A stretch of 64,000 bases of DNA, taken from assembly GCA_028867755.1 (NCBI GenBank), contig JAGWFT010000001.1, positions 1,028,727 through 1,092,726 on the forward strand, read 5' to 3'. The translations under genes and the position numbers were made by a program. The notes beneath the pieces were generated by a model. That model was not told the DNA's origin and did not search any database. It saw only the letters and a program-made list of their open reading frames with translations. This DNA is from Nitrososphaerota archaeon. GTDB taxonomy: Archaea; Thermoproteota; Nitrososphaeria; Nitrososphaerales; Nitrosopumilaceae. Positions 56,876-64,000 of the stretch are shown piece by piece (within the stretch, counting starts at the first letter, position 1; each line of letters begins with the position of its first letter).

Positions 56876-57171
56876 TTAACTTTGAATCCACAGGATCTTA
56901 AGTATTACTCGTAGTACATCATGATCAGTTACAAAATCAACTCATTTTAGGCTCAGATTATCCAAATTCAGAGACTCTACTAATTCTTTCGAGAACCTCA
57001 GATTATGAAATGCCCTTTTTGTTCTTGTTTAACCTGCTTTATCTTACCCATTATTTCCTATCATATTCTACTCATGCGTGATTTGTACGAGTATCTTTGA
57101 AAGTATATCTAAAATCATTTCAATATGGAGGAGACATTACTATGAGTTGGTCCCTCATCGCAGATTGATAA

Positions 57172-57190
57172 TATCTGTATAGTACAGATA
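57172..57190. promoter_or_regulatory. Perfect inverted repeat upstream of thioredoxin
   Basis: TATCTGTA-TAG-TACAGATA, about 34 nt before the ATG. Confidence 0.35.
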
Positions 57191-57223
57191 CCTCTAAATA
57201 ATTTACATTTTTCAATTTTACAT

Positions 57224-57544
57224 ATGGAGCACATTGCACCAGAAGAATTTGATTCAAAGATATTAAACAACGGCAAGAAAACGCTTGTTCTGTTTTATGC
57301 TAGCTGGTGCCCTTATTGTGCAAATTTCAAACCTTCTTTTGAATCTGCTAATGTTAACAATGTAGTAAAGGTTGAAGCTCTTGTAGATGAGGATGAGAAT
57401 CCACTTTGGGATAGATTTAACATTCAAGCAGTGCCCACAATGATTGCTTTTGAAAACGGTAAAGTAGTTGCTAGAAAGGATGCAAGAAAACATGTTGGCC
57501 TTACAAGAGAAGACATGGAATCAATAATAAAAGAATTAACTTGA
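57224..57544 (+). CDS. trxA: Thioredoxin-family protein
   Basis: FYASWCPYC, QAVPTM. Confidence 0.88.
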   Translation: MEHIAPEEFDSKILNNGKKTLVLFYASWCPYCANFKPSFESANVNNVVKVEALVDEDENPLWDRFNIQAVPTMIAFENGKVVARKDARKHVGLTREDMESIIKELT

Positions 57545-57949
57545 TTTTATAAAACTCTTAATTTTATTAGATAATTCTGCCAATTCCTGATCAGTTACAA
57601 TCATTCTTCTTTTCCATGGATTAATCGTTTTTTCATATCTCGGGATTATATGTACATGAACATGTGGGATTATCTGATTTGCTACTCTACCATTATTTTG
57701 ACCAATGTTAAAGCCATCTGCGCCCGTAGCTTGTAATACTGCTCTTGCCACCAGCGGGACTTTGGCAAATAATGACGACACCCCATCTGTTGGCATGTCA
57801 ATTATTTTTTCATGGTGTTCTCGTGGAATAACAAGCGAGTGTCCAAGCTGTATTGGATATCTGTCCATTATTGCAATATGTGTCCTGTCTTCATAAATCA
57901 CATGCGCTTTTTTTCTTCCCTCAATTATATCACAGAAAATACAGGCCAT
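57536..57949 (-). CDS. hit: HIT family hydrolase
   Basis: CIFCDI, GHSLVIP, HVHVHII. Confidence 0.92.
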   Translation of the reverse strand: MACIFCDIIEGRKKAHVIYEDRTHIAIMDRYPIQLGHSLVIPREHHEKIIDMPTDGVSSLFAKVPLVARAVLQATGADGFNIGQNNGRVANQIIPHVHVHIIPRYEKTINPWKRRMIVTDQELAELSNKIKSFIKSS

Positions 57950-58212
57950 GAGATTCTCCGTTTCTCCATTTTATTTATAGTATGGGACAGCAGAACAGAA
58001 TTCTTGTAAAATCAGTATCTAAAATTCTGATTTGTGATACATGCCATTTATACTGCATTCAACGTATAAAGCATTACAGGTAAGAGACACAACAAACAAA
58101 ACCAGTTGTCACATAGTTAATTTTGTAGATATGGTATTTTGTGGCATTCTCATAATTTCGATATAAAGTACATATTCAAGACCAAATAAATCATAGGCTA
58201 TAGAAAACGCTT

Positions 58213-58854
58213 ATGTATACGAGAAATCAACCTTCGCTAATGCACAAGCGAATTATTAAAACTTCAAGCGCAGTAGTAGCTGCGCTAGTTCTAACGCTTG
58301 TGGGAGCTAATTCATCTGCTTATGCACTGTCAGGTCATGGTGTATCTTATGCACCATCATTTGGTAGCACATATGCTGGTTCTGCACTAGGTAGTGTACC
58401 ATTATACTACAACGATGGTTTGACCATCAATGGACACACTTACAACATATCCAATTATGTACAAACAATACCAACCAAAACACTCTATGTAGGTTCACCT
58501 GCAACCATAACAGTCAAACTATGGGAATATGGCGGCACATACCAAATTCAAGGTGTTGCACTGTTCCTTAATGTAAGTGGCTATAGTCCAAGCGCTGGAG
58601 ACAGCGATACATGGGTACAATACTCCAAAATAACCGGGGTTACTGTACATGATCCTCATAACATGCTTGGTACAACCACAGCGGATGTCAAATATGACAA
58701 AGCCTTCATGTATGTAACATTCCATATGGTGCCAAGCAAACCAATGAATACGTCATGGATGATTTTTACAGCATGGGATCAGCAATTATCAGTCGGCACT
58801 GCAAAGGTAATCAATGGGGTTAATTTCTCATACGTGCCATTTGCATACCATTAA
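58213..58854 (+). CDS. Secreted hypothetical protein
   Basis: Signal peptide (SSAYA); beta-rich, YNDGLTING, AWD. Confidence 0.72.
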   Translation: MYTRNQPSLMHKRIIKTSSAVVAALVLTLVGANSSAYALSGHGVSYAPSFGSTYAGSALGSVPLYYNDGLTINGHTYNISNYVQTIPTKTLYVGSPATITVKLWEYGGTYQIQGVALFLNVSGYSPSAGDSDTWVQYSKITGVTVHDPHNMLGTTTADVKYDKAFMYVTFHMVPSKPMNTSWMIFTAWDQQLSVGTAKVINGVNFSYVPFAYH

Positions 58855-58984
58855 GTGTTAAACTCCCTCAAGTTTCATAACTTTTTTTGCTATCTTATTT
58901 GGTCAGTACTGGATTAACAATTTAACATAGAACACTATCGTCAGATATAGTTAATTAGGGTAGAATTTTGACGTTTATCGTTAA

Positions 58985-59587
58985 ATGGGCAAAAAAGAAA
59001 GAGAAGTACGAGAACAAGAACGTGAGAGCTTTTACGATAAACGTCAAAAACAGCAATTCAAGTACAAGGCAATTGGAATAGGAGTACTAGTGGGCATAAT
59101 AGCTGTACTTGCAGTTTCAAGTTATAATTTCTATATTTTATCCACTCAGGTGGTTCCACAAGGTATGCCTCCTGGAGCAGGTCATCTTGGAGGTGTCAAC
59201 ATGCGTGCCGGAATGCTAACTATGATTTTTGGCCAACAATTCGATTATTCGTCTCCTGCATACCAGATAAAAAGCAGATATATCGATTTTGAAAAGAGTA
59301 ATGGAGAAACAATACACATGCATGCGGCAAACGTAACCCTTGGTTTCTTGTTTAATTCATTACACATCGGAATAACCGACAAGTGTTTTACATTTCCTGA
59401 CAAGCGTGATTTTTGTACTGATGACAAATACAGTCTCAAGTTCTTTGTAAATCACCGTCAAGTTCAAGACATTACTAATTACGTGATCAAAGATAATGAC
59501 AGAGTTCTGATATCTTATGGCAACGAGAACTCCACACAAATAGATGCACAGTTAGCAAAGCTAGATACTTTTGATATTACGTCCTAA
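58985..59587 (+). CDS. Membrane-anchored conserved hypothetical protein
   Basis: Basic N-terminus, one TM, IHMHA, CFTFPDKRDFC, RVLISYG. Confidence 0.75.
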   Translation: MGKKEREVREQERESFYDKRQKQQFKYKAIGIGVLVGIIAVLAVSSYNFYILSTQVVPQGMPPGAGHLGGVNMRAGMLTMIFGQQFDYSSPAYQIKSRYIDFEKSNGETIHMHAANVTLGFLFNSLHIGITDKCFTFPDKRDFCTDDKYSLKFFVNHRQVQDITNYVIKDNDRVLISYGNENSTQIDAQLAKLDTFDITS

Positions 59588-60396
59588 GACTCGTTTAAAA
59601 TATCTTTTAATGTTTTAAATTCTTCAAGTGTAATCTCGCCTTTGGCCAATCTACTTTTTAGAACCATTAAAGCATAATCGTCTTTGGTTTCATTATCATC
59701 GTGGGATGACAATTCAGATTCTTTATTATCAGTAGTTTCAGAGTCGCATTTCTTCTTTCTTAGGTACAAAATTAACCCTACAATACCAGCTCCACAGATA
59801 GCCATGAGTGGATAAAGAATATTTTTGAAATCATAACTAGTTGAGGATTGTTCTGAATGATACACTGTTGAATTAATTTTTGATACTGTCACGGTATCAG
59901 TAATATTTACACTGTGTTCTACGATGGAATTAGAATGTTGTAAATTAAGCGACTTCAACACAGTATTATTTTCAGCGATATTTTGAGATGTTTGTGAGTT
60001 ATTTTGAGTAGATGTTTGATGATTTACTGGAGAGCCATCAGGAGAAAAGTCAAAAGATATGGTCTTTCCACCAGATTCATCGGTGACAAATGCTGTTGCT
60101 CCATATGTTCCCTTGAGAGAAAACTGGTTTGGATCATTAGTATTAATAATTATGTGGAAGATACCATTTGAATCAGACGCATTACTAGTAATCAGGACAA
60201 GTTTTCCATAAGGATCATGAATTACAAGGTTGACCGATTTTTGAGCATCTGCTTTATCAACAGTTCCTGTAAAATACATGTTCATATACGTAGCATATGA
60301 CGGTCTATCAGTTTGTAATGATTCCACTTCAGCATATGCTGGAATAATAGCTAGAGAAAACACGCACAGTACCAATAATGACACATGGCCAAACAT
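59584..60396 (-). CDS. Secreted Ig-like domain + TM + cytoplasmic SHOCT domain protein
   Basis: Signal peptide, TDRPSY domain, TM near residue 200, LKSRLAKGEITLEEF. Confidence 0.78.
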   Translation of the reverse strand: MFGHVSLLVLCVFSLAIIPAYAEVESLQTDRPSYATYMNMYFTGTVDKADAQKSVNLVIHDPYGKLVLITSNASDSNGIFHIIINTNDPNQFSLKGTYGATAFVTDESGGKTISFDFSPDGSPVNHQTSTQNNSQTSQNIAENNTVLKSLNLQHSNSIVEHSVNITDTVTVSKINSTVYHSEQSSTSYDFKNILYPLMAICGAGIVGLILYLRKKKCDSETTDNKESELSSHDDNETKDDYALMVLKSRLAKGEITLEEFKTLKDILNES

Positions 60397-60633
60397 CTCT
60401 GTTATTCCAATACTGGAAATTATTAAAAATACGTAGAATTGTGAAGAAGTGTTAATTAAATGAGAAATAGTTGACTAATCTCTTGGTCAGAACACGTCTT
60501 GTAAAGAAATTACAAGTAGTTTGTTCATCTCAATGGAGCTATGTGTCTAGTTCTTGTAGTTATGGTATTCTAATATCATGTATCCTATTTACAAAATATA
60601 TGACAAGAGCGACTAAATCTGTAGTGATATACA

Positions 60634-62016
60634 ATGATACGCAAAATTAGTCCAAAAGCATCTCGCAAGACGATGGTCTTAATACTTGGAGGAGGGTTTG
60701 CAGGAAGTAACGTACTGCGGGAGATTCAAAATAAGTTTAACAATGATGCTGAAGTAACTCTGATCAGTCAAGATAATTTTTTCCTTTTTACACCAATGTT
60801 GCCCGAGGTTTCTTCTGGAATGCTTCATCCAAGTGATATTTCCACTCCAATCAGAACTTTTTGTAAGACTGCAAATTTTTGCCATGCAAGAGTTCTTTCA
60901 ATTAACCTAGAAAGTAAAACAGTTACAGTGATTAGAATATTTGATCAAAAAGAGACTACGCTTGAATATGATTATATGGTTCTTGCCATGGGAAGCAAGG
61001 ATAACTTTTTTGGAAATGCCAACATTGAGGAATTTGCGTTTACAATAAAGACATTAGAAGATGCCATTGCAATAAGAAACCATATAATTAGCGTACTTGA
61101 ATGCGCAGACCAAGAAAGGGATAGCATACTGCAGGAACAACTTTTACGGTTTGTTGTAGTTGGAGGAGGGTTTGCTGGAGTAGAGATTGCAACAGAGATA
61201 AATCATTTCTTGCATGATGCTGCAAAAAACTTTTATAAAAATATAGATTTAAAAAAAATACAGACGATAATAGTTTCAGCAAGAAACGGAATCCTACCAG
61301 AAGTTGGAGAAGATCTTGGCAACTTTGCACTAGACTATGTAAAAAAGTCTGGAATCGAGGTAATAACAAATACAAAAGCAGTAGACGCGGGAGAAGACCA
61401 CATATTGCTCAGTGATAACACACTCATTCCATGTGCTACTATGATATGGGCTGGCGGTGTCATAGTAGATCCACTAGTATCATCACTCAAATGCGAGCAT
61501 GGCGCCTCAGGTCGTGTGATAGTTGATCAATATCTAAGACTCAAAGAACATCCAAACATATTTGCACTCGGGGATTGTGTACACTTGGTAGATCATCATA
61601 CCGGTTCAGTTTATCCCACTACAGCTCAAATTGCAATAAGACAAGCTAAAATTGTATCAGAGAATCTTGCTGCCAAGATATATGGTCAAGAGAATGCGAT
61701 GAAAATTTTTGACTATCAAAACAAAGGAGTCATGGCCACAATTGGAAAATGCACTGGTGTGGCATTAATTAATGGAAGAAAAGTTTTTGGATTACAAGCT
61801 TGGTTATTGTGGCGATTATTTTACTGGTTAAACCTACCTACAAATGAGAAGAAAGTAAAAGTTGCTTTTGATTGGCTTCTTCATGCCGTATTTAGGTCAG
61901 ACATAATGACAGTAGGGTTTATCAAGAAAAAGACTCTGACAAGACTTGAAACTCCAATCTATTCAGTTCTAGAAAGAAGCCAAGAAGAGTCTTTTGATAA
62001 CACGTCTTACCTATAA
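60634..62016 (+). CDS. ndh: Type II NADH dehydrogenase-like flavoprotein
   Basis: Two GGGFAG motifs, FLFTPMLPEV, FALGD, TAQIAIRQA. Confidence 0.85.
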   Translation: MIRKISPKASRKTMVLILGGGFAGSNVLREIQNKFNNDAEVTLISQDNFFLFTPMLPEVSSGMLHPSDISTPIRTFCKTANFCHARVLSINLESKTVTVIRIFDQKETTLEYDYMVLAMGSKDNFFGNANIEEFAFTIKTLEDAIAIRNHIISVLECADQERDSILQEQLLRFVVVGGGFAGVEIATEINHFLHDAAKNFYKNIDLKKIQTIIVSARNGILPEVGEDLGNFALDYVKKSGIEVITNTKAVDAGEDHILLSDNTLIPCATMIWAGGVIVDPLVSSLKCEHGASGRVIVDQYLRLKEHPNIFALGDCVHLVDHHTGSVYPTTAQIAIRQAKIVSENLAAKIYGQENAMKIFDYQNKGVMATIGKCTGVALINGRKVFGLQAWLLWRLFYWLNLPTNEKKVKVAFDWLLHAVFRSDIMTVGFIKKKTLTRLETPIYSVLERSQEESFDNTSYL

Positions 62017-62188
62017 GACATAAAATTTCAGATATTGCCAGATATTATTAGGAATAATGTTATGTATGTCTGAGATATATTCTAGAAATTTACTAAAAAT
62101 AGAGACTGGATTTAAATCGTATCATAAAGGCTGTTTTTAGTTTGAAATGGCAAAGTACAAAATGCTCTACTTACTTTAAAAAATCAAG

Positions 62189-63454
62189 TTGAAAAGAAGG
62201 CTATCACAGAGTCATGAAACTCTAATCCTTGTTACATCGCTTGTCATTTGTATCGCGTTTATTTGGTACTTGCCCTTGAATGTTTATGCACAATCTAACC
62301 AAAATGTAACCATTTCTTCAGGTATCAGCAGTTCACCGATACAGTTTGATAAAAAAGTCTTTTCTTGGACTGATAGAGTTGGCATCACAATATACGCTCC
62401 AGATTTTAATTCTGACCCTAACTTGATTGATACCATTGGGGATACAGAGGATGACAAGATAAATGTGTGTACAACTGGTCACTGCATTCCATACAAGCTA
62501 GTTGAGACTGGAACTAACACTGGTGTTTTTTCCGGTTATGTAGATCTGACAGGTGACCCCAGCCAGAAAGGAGCTTCAGGAATAGATGGAAATGGCGAGA
62601 ATCCATCTGGCATGACCTCAACATGCAATACGATATGTGGTCCTACAGATGGTATGCTTCCAACTACAGGAAACGATGGGATTTCTGTTTCTTTTGAGTA
62701 TTCACGAGATCAAACAGTAACAGGTTCTGCTCTAATTCGCTGGCACATGGGAGAAATTCAATGGTTGCAACCAAACTACTCATCAAGCAGTCAAGGCACG
62801 CTACAAATCGTAGATCCAGACATGAGCATTGTTCCAGATGCAATAAACAAGTTTGACACAAACGTCTGGTCAGACTCAGACTCGGGCGGAATTAAACTTA
62901 CAATGACTGAGACAGACAAAGGAACAGGGGTCTTTCAAGGTACAGTTGATTTTACTACACAGTATCCCTCTTCCGGAAACAGATTACATGTATCTGATGG
63001 TGATACCGTTACAGGTCAATATATCGACAGAACTCTACCTCCTCCATATTCTCCGTCAGATCAATCAAAATTAACTGCAGTTACTACAGTTGGTACTTTG
63101 TTGCCACCATTAGAAAGTGTCCCTGCCAGTAATGCAAGAATAATTGATTCCACTGGCAAAGAACTTGACAAGGTAATGACAGACCAGCAAGTGCAAATTG
63201 TTTCAGATGTCACAAACAAACTAAACAAAGATCAAGAGTTTGCCTACCTAGTACAGATTCAAGATAGTAATGGCATCACTCTTTCATTATCTTGGATAAC
63301 AGGTTCGTTATTACCAAACCAAAGTATGAGTTTGAGTCAATCGTGGAGCCCAAAGTCTCCTGGAACATACACTGCACAGATATTTGTATGGCAAGGTGTA
63401 ACTAGCCCTAATGCTTTATCTCCCCCGTTAACACTACAGATTCCTACATCGTAA
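62189..63454 (+). CDS. Secreted protein matching only the C-terminal domains of SlaA S-layer protein
   Basis: Signal peptide; ETGTNTGVF, DGISVSFEY, IVDPDM, SDSDSGGI, YIDRTLP, FAYLVQIQD, SWITGSL, IFVW, ALSP. Confidence 0.8.
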   Translation: MKRRLSQSHETLILVTSLVICIAFIWYLPLNVYAQSNQNVTISSGISSSPIQFDKKVFSWTDRVGITIYAPDFNSDPNLIDTIGDTEDDKINVCTTGHCIPYKLVETGTNTGVFSGYVDLTGDPSQKGASGIDGNGENPSGMTSTCNTICGPTDGMLPTTGNDGISVSFEYSRDQTVTGSALIRWHMGEIQWLQPNYSSSSQGTLQIVDPDMSIVPDAINKFDTNVWSDSDSGGIKLTMTETDKGTGVFQGTVDFTTQYPSSGNRLHVSDGDTVTGQYIDRTLPPPYSPSDQSKLTAVTTVGTLLPPLESVPASNARIIDSTGKELDKVMTDQQVQIVSDVTNKLNKDQEFAYLVQIQDSNGITLSLSWITGSLLPNQSMSLSQSWSPKSPGTYTAQIFVWQGVTSPNALSPPLTLQIPTS

Positions 63455-63564
63455 TAAATCAAATTTCTAACAGCCTATAATTCCAAATCCAAAATTAAAG
63501 TTAGGTTGGAACTAATCTTAAGAAGGCTAAAATTATACCAAGTCTCAAGGCCTTTTGTTATCTA

Positions 63565-64000
63565 ATGGAAATATCAAGCAGAAATGTAGTTGATGGCCCG
63601 TCAAGGGCACCCCACAGAGCAATGTACAAAGCAATGGGGTTAACAGATAATGATCTTGGAAAACCATTCGTGGGAGTCTCACATACAGGTAATGAAGCAA
63701 CCCCATGTAATATTCACCTTGGTAGATTGGCCTTGCATGCAAAAAATGGTGTTCAAGAATCTGGCGGAACCCCAAGAGAGTTTTCTACAATTGCAGTAAG
63801 TGATGGAATAGCAATGGGTCACGAGGGCATGAAGTCTTCACTGGTCAGTAGAGAAGTAATAGCTGATTCTATTGAATTAATGGTAAGAGCACATCAGTAT
63901 GATGGGCTTGTAGGAATAGCAGGATGTGACAAGAGTTTACCAGGTTCTATGATGGCCATGGCACGATTGAACATCCCATCAGTTTTTGTTTATGGTGGAA
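63565..64000 (+). CDS. ilvD: Dihydroxy-acid dehydratase (5' part, runs off the window)
   Basis: MEISSRNVVDGPSRAPHRAM, TPCNIHL, VSDGIAMGHEGMKSSL, GCDKSLPG. Confidence 0.95.
   Translation, partial: MEISSRNVVDGPSRAPHRAMYKAMGLTDNDLGKPFVGVSHTGNEATPCNIHLGRLALHAKNGVQESGGTPREFSTIAVSDGIAMGHEGMKSSLVSREVIADSIELMVRAHQYDGLVGIAGCDKSLPGSMMAMARLNIPSVFVYGG

Noticed and set aside
58041-58166. 41-codon ATG ORF in the hit intergenic region
   Set aside because: No motif or coding signal; it lies across the expected divergent promoters.
63501-63521. TTAGGTTGGAACTAATCTTAA upstream of ilvD as a third DtxR-like box
   Set aside because: Only the left half matches; the right half needs a 1-nt insertion.
453-63775. 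Many 60-170 aa track ORFs antisense to or out of frame within long genes (e.g. 453-638, 2520-2780, 8233-8526, 16128-16481, 40860-41273, 42358-42666, 46203-46724, 63545-63775)
   Set aside because: Shadow ORFs fully overlapping well-supported genes, with no motifs.
1-64000. CRISPR arrays, IS elements, rRNA, prophage or defence systems
   Set aside because: No regularly spaced repeats, transposase/integrase motifs or rRNA-like sequence seen by eye.

Overview
64 kb of an AT-rich archaeal chromosome. Gene content points to an ammonia-oxidising thaumarchaeon (Nitrososphaerota): PEFG-CTERM proteins, SlaA-type S-layer domains, class V FBPase, archaeal GAPDH, PolB1, aspS-gatCAB, aRF1 and PurP. A Nitrosotalea-like lineage is plausible, but that is inference. 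The window is mostly housekeeping and metabolic genes, with two tRNAs (Phe-GAA, Val-CAC). I saw no transposase, integrase, CRISPR array, rRNA or prophage. Features not explained by the supplied ORF track: (1) a 74-nt GC-rich three-way-junction RNA candidate at 32912-32985; (2) at least six Cys/His-rich microproteins under 60 aa, two of them flanking a class III adenylate cyclase and one directly behind polB; (3) two otherwise intact genes whose frames lack a standard start and appear to begin at ACG (SDR) and ATT (sensor kinase); (4) DtxR/IdeR-like boxes in the promoters of both the NRAMP and ZIP metal importers; (5) N-terminal and C-terminal parts of the S-layer protein present as two separate secreted genes about 10 kb apart; (6) a long Q/P/N-rich low-complexity tail on FBP aldolase/phosphatase; (7) two frameshifted or degraded genes. 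All family assignments come from motif recognition and recall, not database searches.
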